A DNA stretch of 64,000 nt from an uncultured Candidatus Saccharibacteria bacterium (GTDB lineage: Bacteria; Patescibacteriota; Minisyncoccia; Phycocordibacterales; UBA9973), in the NCBI GenBank assembly GCA_964446965.1, contig CAYUQD010000001.1, forward strand, positions 21,586 through 85,585, given 5' to 3'. This document shows, in pieces, positions 27,639-37,593 of the stretch. Position 1 is the stretch's first letter, and every line of letters starts with the position of its first letter. Under the pieces are notes generated by a model that saw only the letters and a list, made by a program, of their open reading frames with translations, had not been told where the DNA came from and did no database searches. Position numbers and translations under genes: made by a program.

Positions 27639-28031
27639 ATGGATACAACTAATTTTGGCGAACACTTAATGCTCGATTGCTATGGGGCAGATAACGACCT
27701 TCTGAATTCCAAAGAGCTCGTGCTGCAGTTACTTACCGAACTTCCGGAAAAGCTCGGCATGCACAAACTTGCCGACCCGGTAGTTTATTTTGCAGCAGGG
27801 AATGGTGATAAGGATCCAGGTGGATGGAGTGGATTTGTGGTGATTATGGAAAGCCATATTGCACTGCACACCTTTGTCGGACGGGGATTCTTGAGTGCTG
27901 ATGTATACACCTGTCAAAATGGTATGGATCAAGAATTCATCATCAACTACTTCAAGGAAACATTCAAAACAACTGACATAGAAATCAATTTTGTAAAGCG
28001 GGGGACAAGATACCCAACTTTAAATAAGTAA
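27639..28031 (+). CDS. speH: S-adenosylmethionine decarboxylase proenzyme (pyruvoyl-dependent, SpeH type)
   Basis: Self-cleavage and pyruvoyl signature VIMESHIALHTF (ES-H) and ~130 aa length; ATG 27639 chosen downstream of the terminator. Confidence 0.7.
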   Translation: MDTTNFGEHLMLDCYGADNDLLNSKELVLQLLTELPEKLGMHKLADPVVYFAAGNGDKDPGGWSGFVVIMESHIALHTFVGRGFLSADVYTCQNGMDQEFIINYFKETFKTTDIEINFVKRGTRYPTLNK

Positions 28032-28033
28032 AA

Positions 28034-28061
28034 TTGACAGCATTATAAAATAATGTATAAT
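28034..28061 (+). promoter_or_regulatory. promoter TTGACA-16-TATAAT upstream of the DMT permease gene
   Basis: Consensus hexamers. Confidence 0.5.
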
Positions 28062-28078
28062 ATAACAATATAAAATAT

Positions 28079-28999
28079 ATGTGGATACTACTAACATTTA
28101 TCGCAGTTTTACTTTGGTCGCTCGTTAACATAGCGGACAACTACTTGGTTGAGAATAACAAGGCAATCGGACACCCGGTCGGTGCGCTCGTTATCTTTTC
28201 GAGCGTCTTTGCCTTCATTGTTTCCATACTTGTATACATATTTATTGGAAATGATTTGGTTTTGTCACTCACGAACAAGGGCTTATTGATTTTGGCAGGA
28301 TTTTGCAATCTGTTGTGGATCGTATTCTACCTCAATGCACTTGCAGATGATGATGTCTCATCAGTGGTACCATGGTTCCTGACCGTGCCACTCTTTGGAT
28401 ATATTCTTGGGTATTTCATACTCGGAGAAACATTGGGGACGCAGCAGCTGATCGGAGGTGCTATTGTAGTCATCGGAGGATTAGTATTGTCGATTCGTAC
28501 CGACTCAACCGAGAGTACCAACCGATACCACGTGAAGTGGAAGCCATTACTCCTCATGCTTGCATCGTCATTCATTATTGCCCTATGGGTAGTATTGTTC
28601 AAGTTCGTTGCGACTGATACTGGATTTTGGCCAGCGACGTTCTGGGAACACATCGGCTTGGGTATCGCTGGGCTTCTCGTACTAGTCTTTATCAAAAGCT
28701 ACCGCGAAGGCTTCATTGGAATGCTGCGCAAGGGTGGACGCAAAACATTGCTCATCAACGCCTCATCTGAGACTGCAACCATTATCGGGAACCTACTTGC
28801 AAACTTCGCAGTACTCGCCGTGCCGGTCACACTCGTGTTCATACTTGAAGTAGCGCAGCCAGCGATTGTATTTATCCTCGGCATTATTTGTACTGTTTTC
28901 TTCCCGAAGATTCTGACCGAAAATATTTCAAAGCGGACATTACTCCACAAGGGTATTTCCATTGCGATTATGATTGTTGGCGGACTCTTGCTGATTTAG
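28079..28999 (+). CDS. DMT superfamily (EamA-like) permease
   Basis: Ten predicted TM helices, duplicated EamA-like halves. Confidence 0.65.
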   Translation: MWILLTFIAVLLWSLVNIADNYLVENNKAIGHPVGALVIFSSVFAFIVSILVYIFIGNDLVLSLTNKGLLILAGFCNLLWIVFYLNALADDDVSSVVPWFLTVPLFGYILGYFILGETLGTQQLIGGAIVVIGGLVLSIRTDSTESTNRYHVKWKPLLLMLASSFIIALWVVLFKFVATDTGFWPATFWEHIGLGIAGLLVLVFIKSYREGFIGMLRKGGRKTLLINASSETATIIGNLLANFAVLAVPVTLVFILEVAQPAIVFILGIICTVFFPKILTENISKRTLLHKGISIAIMIVGGLLLI

Positions 29000-29010
29000 C
29001 GGCTTATGTA

Positions 29011-29040
29011 AAAAGCTTCCAATTTGGAAGCTTTTTTTAT
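29011..29040. terminator. bidirectional terminator (aagcttccaatttggaagctt + T-run)
   Basis: Perfect palindrome between converging genes. Confidence 0.55.
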
Positions 29041-30338
29041 TTCATATATCCCCAGTTTCGAAGCTTTTCATGATCCTCATTCACAAACTTATGTCCGATG
29101 TCGTCACGATAGAGCATCTTGGGAAAGTGGATTTTACTAATAATACTTTTTGACATCTTTTGTGCCTCCATTACATCTGGCGCAACTGCGGTAACATAGA
29201 GAATATATCCTCGGGTATCAGAGATATAGTATCGCCCCTCGTTACTCTTGGATACTTCTTCGAAATGCACGTGTGAAAATTCTTCGGGGGTTATATTGTC
29301 AAAATAAATAGTTGTACCTTCTGCGAGAGCATTCTCTTCGGAGTCTGCACCGTACGGGAATGGGGGAGCTGCAAGGAGGGTCACGATACCGTATCCAGGC
29401 TTCCATTTGAGGTCGTAGGACTCACCCTTGGCAATGGCATGGAGGAATTCGCCCCATGGTGAGATGTGTAGTTCATCATGCAAATGCACAATCGGAGAGC
29501 CAAATCGTGACGTTGCTTCGAGTGGATAGATACCAGTTTCGTTAACGATGCAGTTGATTTCGAAATCGCCTCTAAAGTCGATCTGTTGCAAGTATGCCTT
29601 GAATGGGGCAAGAATCTCTAAAAATAGGCGGCCGTGTTCATTATCGTCATACCATGCAAGGGTTCCCATCTCACTAGTGAGAGGGCCAATATCTCCTGGG
29701 AAGAATCGTGTATGTTCGAGGTTGTACTCGATAGGACCCACCCAATCAGTACCATTGAAATACCTTCCAACACCTATCTCCACACCTTCAATTTTTTGTT
29801 GGAGACTGACTTTTTCTTTGCGATATTTTTTGCTTTGGGAATATGTAGTAAGCATATCTATCACATCGCGACCATCGGAGAATCTGCCGATATAGTTGAG
29901 AACCTTGGAATAGTGGTGATTGTTTTGTTTGATAACCCATGCTTGTGGATTCTTCCGTGCATAGGCAATAGCATCGGTAATAGAATCAAAATCACGAAGG
30001 GGAGCAGTTTTGAGACCATGTTGCGCAAAGAGTTTCTGCCCAAAATCTCTATCCTGCTCAATCTTATCTCCAATTGCACTACCTCCAAATACTGTGTACC
30101 CCTTCGCTCGCAGTGAATCTTGTATATCTCCATATCCAACGTCATCAAAGACGATCAGTCCATCTTTGCCTACCCATTTCAATTCTCGTTTCCAGTTTGT
30201 CACGACAGTTAGAATATTTGCGAAGTTTCGACGACGTTTTTTGTCTTCGATATAGAGCTTTACATCATTTCCTTCATTTTGAAGTATGCGAGCTAGGTTG
30301 CCCGCAATAAGGTCTGTTGATATAAACAAAATTCTCAT
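29037..30338 (-). CDS. purD: phosphoribosylamine--glycine ligase-like ATP-grasp protein (PurD family)
   Basis: ATP-grasp with PurD-like segments (GPIEYN..GDIGPLTSEMG resembles D.GPNTGGMG; EATSRFGSP resembles EFNCRFGDPE); start taken at MRILFIS (ATG 30338) rather than the upstream extension. Confidence 0.6.
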   Translation of the reverse strand: MRILFISTDLIAGNLARILQNEGNDVKLYIEDKKRRRNFANILTVVTNWKRELKWVGKDGLIVFDDVGYGDIQDSLRAKGYTVFGGSAIGDKIEQDRDFGQKLFAQHGLKTAPLRDFDSITDAIAYARKNPQAWVIKQNNHHYSKVLNYIGRFSDGRDVIDMLTTYSQSKKYRKEKVSLQQKIEGVEIGVGRYFNGTDWVGPIEYNLEHTRFFPGDIGPLTSEMGTLAWYDDNEHGRLFLEILAPFKAYLQQIDFRGDFEINCIVNETGIYPLEATSRFGSPIVHLHDELHISPWGEFLHAIAKGESYDLKWKPGYGIVTLLAAPPFPYGADSEENALAEGTTIYFDNITPEEFSHVHFEEVSKSNEGRYYISDTRGYILYVTAVAPDVMEAQKMSKSIISKIHFPKMLYRDDIGHKFVNEDHEKLRNWGYMK

Positions 30339-30370
30339 GTACAATTTATTATAATGAAAATGAGTAAAAA

Positions 30371-30389
30371 TACAATACTGTATATTGTA
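30371..30389. promoter_or_regulatory. perfect palindrome TACAATA-ctgta-TATTGTA in the divergent intergenic region
   Basis: 7-bp inverted arms with a 5-nt spacer; the left half TACTGTATAT resembles an E. coli-type LexA half-site. Confidence 0.3.
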
Positions 30390-30489
30390 ATACTCCTTAC
30401 TATAGTGTGTAGTATCGCTATCACAGCAGAACAGACATTGGTGCGTCAAGATTATCATGTATTAGAACAAGAAACTGAGACCCAATAGT

Positions 30490-32178
30490 ATGCAATCTAT
30501 TCTTTCCAATATATGCGCAGATTCCGCTCCAACATTCCTTGGATTATTTGATCCGAGTATTGCCCCTACACTTCTCTATTACGCATATATACCTGCTGTT
30601 GTGGCAGCGATGTTTTTTGCATGTTTTCTACTTATCAAAGACAAGAAATCACTGCTTAGTAAACTCTTGTTCGGAATAGCTTTGTTTTTCTCATTATGGG
30701 TTATTAATATAATTGTACAGTGGATCGCAGTTCCTAATCCGGTAATTCATTTCAGTTGGCAGTTAACAGGGATTTTTGAACTTCCTATATTCTTGTTATC
30801 TGTATATTTTATTGACGTATTTATTAATCAAAAAGATATTTCGTTCCGAAAGAAGTTGGTACTAACATCACTTTATCTGGGAGCGATCGTGTTTGTGCCC
30901 ACCCAATTTAATATTGCATCATATGACAGTATTTTGTGTCAGGGGGTTGTGGGTAATTTGTGGCACTACATATATGGTGTTGAGTTCTTGTCTATTTTGT
31001 GGATAGGGTATCTGTCTATATCTGCATACAAACGATATAGTAGTGACAAATATTTGCGACAACGTGCACTGATGATGTCTATCGGAATGGTTATCTTTTT
31101 GGGAATATTTTTTGCTTCAAATTATTATGGAGAAATCCTTCAAAATTATGAATTGAACCTCATCGGACCTATCGGTATGGCGCTCTTTCTCGGATTTGTT
31201 GCGTATGTCGTTGTGAAGTACAAAACATTCAAAGCTCATATCATTTGGGCACAAGTATTGGTATGTGCGCTATGGATTACTGTATTTTCGTTGTTGTTTA
31301 TTAGTAATATCAAAATCATTCACTATATCGTGAGCATCACTTTTGTGATATTGATCGGATTTGGAATATTGCTAATTAAAAGTATTAGTAGAGAGGTACA
31401 GCAGCGCGAACGGCTCGAAGAACTACGAATCATACTTGAACAAACAAATGCAAGCTTAGAATCTGCCAACGAAAAGCTCAAGAGTGTCGACAAGCTCAAG
31501 ACCGAATTCCTCTCACTCGCATCCCATCAGTTGCGTACACCACTGACCGCTATCAAGGGGTACTCATCGATGCTCATCGAGGGATCGTTCGGCAAACTCA
31601 CCAAGAAAATTGACGAACCAATCAAGCGCATCTATACCTCGGCCCAAGGACTCGTCAGTATCGTTGAGGACCTCCTCAATGTATCCAAGATCGAGCAGGG
31701 CGGTATGAAGTACGAGATGTCTCCGACCGACCTCGCACCGATCGTCCACAACCTCTATGGTGAAATGCAGATACCTGCGCAGAGCAAGAACATCATATTC
31801 ACCATGGATGTCGATGAGGCACAGAAGTTCGTCGCAAATGTCGACCCGGTCAAGATCAAGCAAGTATTCCTCAACCTCACTGACAACAGCATCAAGTACA
31901 CGCCACAGGACGGTACGGTGACTATATCGCTGCGTCGAGTGGATGGGACGATCGAGTTTGCAGTCAAAGACAATGGTGTAGGTATCACACCTGAGACCAA
32001 GGCAAAGCTCTTTGAGAAATTTAGTCGCGGAGAAGGTGGCAAGATGAATACGGGAGGTAGCGGACTCGGACTCTATCTTGCAAGGCAGATTGCTCTCGCA
32101 CACAAGGGTGATGTCGTCATCGAGAGCGATGGTATGAACAAGGGGTCAGTATTCAAAGTGGTGTTGCCTGCGTTTTAA
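30490..32178 (+). CDS. sensor histidine kinase with polytopic membrane N-terminal domain (orphan)
   Basis: About 9 TM helices, then HisKA (SHQLRTPLTAI) and HATPase_c (N, G1 DNGVGI, G2 GGSGLGL). Confidence 0.8.
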   Translation: MQSILSNICADSAPTFLGLFDPSIAPTLLYYAYIPAVVAAMFFACFLLIKDKKSLLSKLLFGIALFFSLWVINIIVQWIAVPNPVIHFSWQLTGIFELPIFLLSVYFIDVFINQKDISFRKKLVLTSLYLGAIVFVPTQFNIASYDSILCQGVVGNLWHYIYGVEFLSILWIGYLSISAYKRYSSDKYLRQRALMMSIGMVIFLGIFFASNYYGEILQNYELNLIGPIGMALFLGFVAYVVVKYKTFKAHIIWAQVLVCALWITVFSLLFISNIKIIHYIVSITFVILIGFGILLIKSISREVQQRERLEELRIILEQTNASLESANEKLKSVDKLKTEFLSLASHQLRTPLTAIKGYSSMLIEGSFGKLTKKIDEPIKRIYTSAQGLVSIVEDLLNVSKIEQGGMKYEMSPTDLAPIVHNLYGEMQIPAQSKNIIFTMDVDEAQKFVANVDPVKIKQVFLNLTDNSIKYTPQDGTVTISLRRVDGTIEFAVKDNGVGITPETKAKLFEKFSRGEGGKMNTGGSGLGLYLARQIALAHKGDVVIESDGMNKGSVFKVVLPAF

Positions 32179-32281
32179 TTGATATTACTCGGTAGTCAAG
32201 CGACGAAGTAGTATTTCTGGAGAACTGTTTGAGCGAAGCGAGTTTTCGCAAGAAATACTACTTTGGAGCGAAGACTACAAG

Positions 32282-33661
32282 CTATTGTAAGACCGTACCA
32301 TCTGCAGTGTCGAGGACTTCGTAGCCGAGGGCTTCGAGGCTTTTGCGTAGAGTATCTGATGTCGCGAAGTCTTTGGACGCGCGAGCAGTATCGCGCTGTA
32401 CAAGGAGTTCTCTCGCCTCATCGGTAATGATAAATGAGGGGACTTGCTCGAGGTCGAGACCGAGTACGATGTCAAAATGGATGAGGGTCGCCCATTTGTC
32501 AGCGTCAGAGATCGTATTGTCACCAAAGAGTTCCCAGAGAACGGCGAGCGCGACTGAGGTATTGAGGTCGTCTTGGAGGGCGAGGATAAATCTGCCGGTA
32601 TACACAGCATTGATCTTGCCGATGGCGTGTTGGCGTGAGGCGAAGCGTTTGAGTTTCTTGAGTTGTTCGTTGGCGGTGTCGAGCGAGTCCCAGGTGAAGT
32701 TGAGCGGTTTGCGGTAGCTCGTCTGCATGAACATGAGGCGGACCGCGACAGGGTCAATATTTCGGGCAAGAATATCATCGAGCTTGTAGAAGTTTTGCAA
32801 ACTCTTGGACATTTTGACCCCATCGACGAGGAGGAAGTCGTGGTGTACCCAATACTTCACAAAGTCGTGTCCAGTCGTACACTCGCTCTGCGCGATTTCA
32901 TTTTCGTGGTGCACGGGGATGTGGTCGATACCACCAGTGTGGATGTCGATGGTCTCGCCGAGGTACTTCATACTCATCGCACTACACTCAATGTGCCACC
33001 CAGGGAAGCCGTCGCCCCATGGAGAAGGCCAGTACATGGCATGATCAGCGTATTTGCCAATGCGTTTGAACCACAGCGCAAAATCAGCAGGATTCTTTTT
33101 TGCAGGATCGATGACAACGTCATCTCGTACCGCGACTTCCTTGTCAGCGAGCTTTTGGCCTGAGAAGTGTCCGTAGTCAGGATCTTTTGCGGTGTCGAAA
33201 TAGAGCGCGTGCGCCGTCTCATACGCGAAGCCTTTCGCAATGAGTGTCTCAATCATCTGGATCATTTCTGGGATATGATCTGTTGCCTTGGGTTGGATAG
33301 TAGGACGAAGTACATGCACTGCGCGCATTGTGGTATCAAAATAGTCAGTGTAATGCTGTACAACATCCCAGACAGATCTCTGCTCTTTTTGGGCGCGCGT
33401 CTCGAGTTTGTCTTCACCAAAATCGGTGTCGTTGGCAAGGTGTCCGACATCGGTGACATTCATCACATGCTTCACTTCGTACCCGAGCAGTGTCAGTGTG
33501 CGTCGCAATATGTCATCCCCAATATATTTGCGCATGTGTCCGATGTGTGTGTAGTCGTATACGGTCGGACCGCAGGCATACATGGTGACTACAGGTGCAT
33601 GCAATGGCACAAATGCTTCGATAGAGCGAGATTTTGTATTGTAGAGATTGAGAGATTCCAT
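32282..33661 (-). CDS. cysS: cysteine--tRNA ligase
   Basis: HIGH-type CGPTVYDYTHIGH, KMSKS. Confidence 0.9.
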   Translation of the reverse strand: MESLNLYNTKSRSIEAFVPLHAPVVTMYACGPTVYDYTHIGHMRKYIGDDILRRTLTLLGYEVKHVMNVTDVGHLANDTDFGEDKLETRAQKEQRSVWDVVQHYTDYFDTTMRAVHVLRPTIQPKATDHIPEMIQMIETLIAKGFAYETAHALYFDTAKDPDYGHFSGQKLADKEVAVRDDVVIDPAKKNPADFALWFKRIGKYADHAMYWPSPWGDGFPGWHIECSAMSMKYLGETIDIHTGGIDHIPVHHENEIAQSECTTGHDFVKYWVHHDFLLVDGVKMSKSLQNFYKLDDILARNIDPVAVRLMFMQTSYRKPLNFTWDSLDTANEQLKKLKRFASRQHAIGKINAVYTGRFILALQDDLNTSVALAVLWELFGDNTISDADKWATLIHFDIVLGLDLEQVPSFIITDEARELLVQRDTARASKDFATSDTLRKSLEALGYEVLDTADGTVLQ

Positions 33662-33670
33662 GGGAGAGGG

Positions 33671-34594
33671 TTAGAGCCAGCGACGTATTTTGAAAAAGAA
33701 AAAGAGCACAATCCCTGTCACGATCATCGCACCAATGACAAAGAAGAAGTCATCGAGTGATTTGATAAAAATGAGGTCGGAATCCGTATTCATCCCAAAG
33801 ATACCTGTAATGAGTGTGAGTGGGAGCATGACGAAGGTCATGATAGTGAAGTTCTTCATGATCTCATTACTCTTGGTCGAGAGCAGGGTATCGTTGGTGC
33901 GCTGGAGCTCGCCGAGAACTTCACGATGACTCTCGAGTATGGAGTTAACTTTCTTGTACTCACTTGTTGCAACCTCTGCATAGTATGCGTACTCATCGCC
34001 AAAGAGTCTGCGACTCGCGCTCTCGTATGAGTCGAGGACTTCTGCATGAAAGCGGACGGACTGTTTGAAGTCGAGGAGTGTCCGTGATACATGCGATATA
34101 TCTCGAACGATAGAGGATTGGTTGTTGGTAAAGATGCGAGACTCTATCTCCTTGAGGGTGAGGGTGAGGGATTCGAGTTGGTGGAGCGATGAGCGATAGA
34201 GGAGTTTGGTCAGCTGCATAAAGAGGAATGCTCCATGGGGAGTCATTGCGACCTGACTGGTGAGTGTGTGCTTCTCGAAGAGTTTGGCAAAAGAATCCAC
34301 TGCGTGGATCTGCTCGTACCGTACCGTGATGAGGAACTTGTCGCCGACGATGAAGTCGACCTCTTGCTCGTCATTGCCATTGTCGGCTGTATCGACGACG
34401 GGGAAATGGAGGACGAGATAGAGGAAGTTGGCGTATAGATCTACCTTGGAACGCATCGTATGATCGACGAGTTCTTGGCCGACGAGGTGGGGGATATTGA
34501 ATTCCTCAGTGATGAGCGCGGTTTCTTCAGATGTTGGATTTTCGAGGTCGATCCAAGTCAATCCATGCGCGCTGTAGCGTGAAATCATACGCAT
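33671..34594 (-). CDS. corA: magnesium/cobalt transporter CorA
   Basis: C-terminal two TM helices with GMN motif (GIFGMNTD). Confidence 0.8.
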   Translation of the reverse strand: MRMISRYSAHGLTWIDLENPTSEETALITEEFNIPHLVGQELVDHTMRSKVDLYANFLYLVLHFPVVDTADNGNDEQEVDFIVGDKFLITVRYEQIHAVDSFAKLFEKHTLTSQVAMTPHGAFLFMQLTKLLYRSSLHQLESLTLTLKEIESRIFTNNQSSIVRDISHVSRTLLDFKQSVRFHAEVLDSYESASRRLFGDEYAYYAEVATSEYKKVNSILESHREVLGELQRTNDTLLSTKSNEIMKNFTIMTFVMLPLTLITGIFGMNTDSDLIFIKSLDDFFFVIGAMIVTGIVLFFFFKIRRWL

Positions 34595-34660
34595 ATTGTA
34601 GCATTATGTCGCAAGGCCAGAAAGGGAAAACTCGCCCAAAAATGTCAGGGCTCCATAGGG

Positions 34661-34688
34661 TTGCAAAGAAACGGGAAATAAGTATAAT
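34661..34688 (+). promoter_or_regulatory. promoter TTGCAA-16-TATAAT for rplU
   Basis: Consensus -10, GAGG Shine-Dalgarno 7 nt before the ATG. Confidence 0.45.
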
Positions 34689-34699
34689 GAGGTCCTATT

Positions 34700-35110
34700 A
34701 TGGCAGTCGCAAAAACAACCAAAAAGACAGTAGCCAAGAAAGCCCCTGCAAAGAAGGCTGCTCCAAAGGCCTCAAAATCCGAAGAATTTGCAGTGATTGC
34801 GACCGGTGGCAAGCAGTACCAAGTATCTGTTGGTGACACGATCACTATCGAGAAACTCGCCAATCCGAGCGGCGAAGCCTTCAAAAAGGGTGATAGTGTG
34901 ACATTTGACCATGTCCTCCTCGTCGACAATGGTGCAGATACTACCATCGGTATGCCCTACATTGCTGGTGCATCAGTAACTGGTGAAGTTGCAGTGGTCG
35001 GCCGCGCTGCAAAGGTCATCGTCCTTCGCTACAAGCAAAAGAGTCGTTACCAAAAGAAGAACGGCCACCGACAGCCATACCTCAAAGTGAAGATCACTGC
35101 TATCAAATAA
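34700..35110 (+). CDS. rplU: 50S ribosomal protein L21 with ~30 aa Lys/Ala-rich N-terminal extension
   Basis: Core AVIATGGKQYQVSVGD...GHRQPYLKVKI matches L21; N-terminal MAVAKTTKKTVAKKAPAKKAAPKASK is extra. Confidence 0.85.
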   Translation: MAVAKTTKKTVAKKAPAKKAAPKASKSEEFAVIATGGKQYQVSVGDTITIEKLANPSGEAFKKGDSVTFDHVLLVDNGADTTIGMPYIAGASVTGEVAVVGRAAKVIVLRYKQKSRYQKKNGHRQPYLKVKITAIK

Positions 35111-35111
35111 A

Positions 35112-35138
35112 AAACCCTCCATATCGGAGGTTTTTTTG
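35112..35138 (+). terminator. intrinsic terminator (cctcc-atat-cggagg + T7)
   Basis: Hairpin plus T-run. Confidence 0.55.
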
Positions 35139-35218
35139 TACTGAACATACCAACTTGATATATTACAAAAGTATGTTATAATGCAAAAAATCGTTATTTA
35201 CAACTAAATCAACTCTTT

Positions 35219-36952
35219 ATGGTCAAAAATTTGCGAAAAGTGTATTCGATATATCGGAAACACACTAAGCCTCATCAACAATGGGCACTCGGAACTATAT
35301 CTTCCTACTCACTTGCGACATGCACCCTTAATGTAATTGCTCCTATGTTTGCGGCTTCACTTTTTGCATTAATGGTAAAAAAGGACCCTAACATCTTCGA
35401 CACATTTTGGTTGCTCGTTGCTTCTGTTGTCGTAGCGCAAGTATTCTTTCGTTTAGGTGACTATTGTTTAAGTGTATTTGAAAATAAATCAATTTTTTCA
35501 TTACACCAAAAATCACTTGAAACTGTTATCAGTCAACCACATTATTTTTTTGCGAACAATCACTCCGGTGCTCTTATTGCTCGGATGAATCGTTTCATAA
35601 AAAGTTTTGAAGGAATGTTTGATAGTATCGCCTACACGTTTTTATTTTCCGCAGTACAAGTTATTGGTATCTGCATCGTTCTCTTTTTCAAATCTCCTAT
35701 TCTAGGAGGATTGGTATTAGGTTGGGCGATTGTGTATATGCTAACGAGTGTGAAAATGGCAAAGATCCGAAATCCAGTTGACTCTAAAGAAGCACAATTA
35801 AGTTCCGATCTTACTGCAGTAACTGCAGATATCATCGGCAACGCAATTACAGTACTTATTTTCGGTCAACGGAAAAAGGAAATTGCTCATTTTCAGCAAC
35901 AGAATGCGTTGTATGCAAAAGCACAGAAAAGGTCATGGGTGTTTAGTAATTTACAAAATGCCATTCAAGCAGTTCTTACGGGATCACTCGAGCTCGGAAG
36001 TTTGGGTATTGCTATCTTGCTCTGGAGCAAAGGGAAAATGAGCGCGGCAGACGTTGCACTTGTATACCTCTATATGAAGATTATTTCCGACACGATGTGG
36101 GAGGTTGGTAGAACATTTGTGAGATTCACAAAATACAATACCGATGCCTACGAAATGGTTGAAATTTTTGAAAAAACTCCAGAAGTAAACATGGCGGATC
36201 TTTCAGAAGATCAGCTCATAGCTGATGGATCAGTTATCATTAAGAATCTCACCTTTAGTTATTCTATTGGAAAAAATGTCTTTAGCGACTTACATCTCAC
36301 TATCGAACATGGTCAACATGTTGGCGTAGTTGGTAGTACGGGCGCAGGCAAATCAACATTGATTGCGATGCTTATGAAGCTTCGTGATCCAAACAACGGC
36401 GTTATTGAGATCGGCGGTGCCGACATTGCCAATATGGCACATGACGCATTACGCCGACAAATTGCTATCGTACCGCAAGACGTGTCACTACTCCATAGAA
36501 CAATATTTGAAAATATTGCATACGGAAAAGATAATCCAAGTATGGAAGAAGTGGTACAGGCTGCTAAAAAAGCAAAGATCCATGAAGAAATCATGAGCTT
36601 TAGCAAAGGCTATGAGACAGTAGTTGGCGAACGAGGGATCAAACTTTCGGGCGGCCAACGGCAACGTATCGCCATTGCCCGAGCATTACTGATTGATGCA
36701 AAAATCATCATATTAGATGAAGCAACAAGTTCACTTGATGCAATCACTGAAACACATATTCAAGATATTTTACAAAATCATCTTGAGGGAAGAACAGTGA
36801 TTATCATTGCACATCGCTTGGCAACTATTCGACATTGCGACCGTATTATCGTCTTAAATGACGGAAAAATTACGCAGGATGGTGCACATGCATCACTCAT
36901 GCAAGAAGATGGAATTTACTCAGAATTAGTTCGGCATCAATTTGCCAGTTAA
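35219..36952 (+). CDS. ABC transporter, fused permease/ATPase (exporter type)
   Basis: 6-TM domain, Walker A GSTGAGKST, signature LSGGQRQR, Walker B ILDEATS. Confidence 0.8.
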   Translation: MVKNLRKVYSIYRKHTKPHQQWALGTISSYSLATCTLNVIAPMFAASLFALMVKKDPNIFDTFWLLVASVVVAQVFFRLGDYCLSVFENKSIFSLHQKSLETVISQPHYFFANNHSGALIARMNRFIKSFEGMFDSIAYTFLFSAVQVIGICIVLFFKSPILGGLVLGWAIVYMLTSVKMAKIRNPVDSKEAQLSSDLTAVTADIIGNAITVLIFGQRKKEIAHFQQQNALYAKAQKRSWVFSNLQNAIQAVLTGSLELGSLGIAILLWSKGKMSAADVALVYLYMKIISDTMWEVGRTFVRFTKYNTDAYEMVEIFEKTPEVNMADLSEDQLIADGSVIIKNLTFSYSIGKNVFSDLHLTIEHGQHVGVVGSTGAGKSTLIAMLMKLRDPNNGVIEIGGADIANMAHDALRRQIAIVPQDVSLLHRTIFENIAYGKDNPSMEEVVQAAKKAKIHEEIMSFSKGYETVVGERGIKLSGGQRQRIAIARALLIDAKIIILDEATSSLDAITETHIQDILQNHLEGRTVIIIAHRLATIRHCDRIIVLNDGKITQDGAHASLMQEDGIYSELVRHQFAS

Positions 36953-36957
36953 TTCAA

Positions 36958-36990
36958 ACGGCTAACCTTACGAGGTTAGCCGTTTTTTTA
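36958..36990. terminator. bidirectional terminator (cggctaacc-ttacg-aggttagccg + T7)
   Basis: Perfect palindrome between converging genes. Confidence 0.55.
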
Positions 36991-37581
36991 TTCCCTTTTC
37001 TTCAACGATGCATTCAGTGACTGCGCATCGGCGTATTCGAGTTCGGCGCCGGTAGAGAGGCCACGGCCGAGGCTTGAGAGCTCGACGGGGTATGATGCGA
37101 GTTGTTCGCGGACGACACTGTCGGTGTGCTCGCCGTTGGGAGTGATCGGGAAGGCGAGGATGACTTCGTAGGCGTTGAGACTCTCTTTTTCTATACGACT
37201 TTTGAGTTGGGCAATATTAGTCCCTGCGAGAATATTCTTTTGCACAATAGGGATGAGCCCGCCGAGTACAAAAAAGAGGCCGTTGTAGTCGGTCTTTGCA
37301 AAGCTATCAATATCCTGACTCTTCTCTACGACGATGAGTTGGGACTGATCACGCGATGTATCCCCACAGATATCGCAGTAGTCACCTGTGCCTTCGTAGA
37401 TGCGTAGACAGCGAGTACAGGTGTGCGCTTGGTTGCGAGCGTCGAGGAGTGAGCGCGCGAGGGTTGCGACGTAGTGCTCGGGTTGGGTGAGTATGAAGTA
37501 TGCAAAACGCGCGGCTTGGCGTTGACCAATACCAGGAAATTTGAGAAATAGTTGTGTGAGGCGCTCGAGTTCGTGGTGCAT
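36988..37581 (-). CDS. recR: recombination protein RecR
   Basis: HhH N-terminus, C4 zinc finger CTRC..CDIC, Toprim. Confidence 0.85.
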   Translation of the reverse strand: MHHELERLTQLFLKFPGIGQRQAARFAYFILTQPEHYVATLARSLLDARNQAHTCTRCLRIYEGTGDYCDICGDTSRDQSQLIVVEKSQDIDSFAKTDYNGLFFVLGGLIPIVQKNILAGTNIAQLKSRIEKESLNAYEVILAFPITPNGEHTDSVVREQLASYPVELSSLGRGLSTGAELEYADAQSLNASLKKRE

Positions 37582-37593
37582 AGAGAGTACTCG

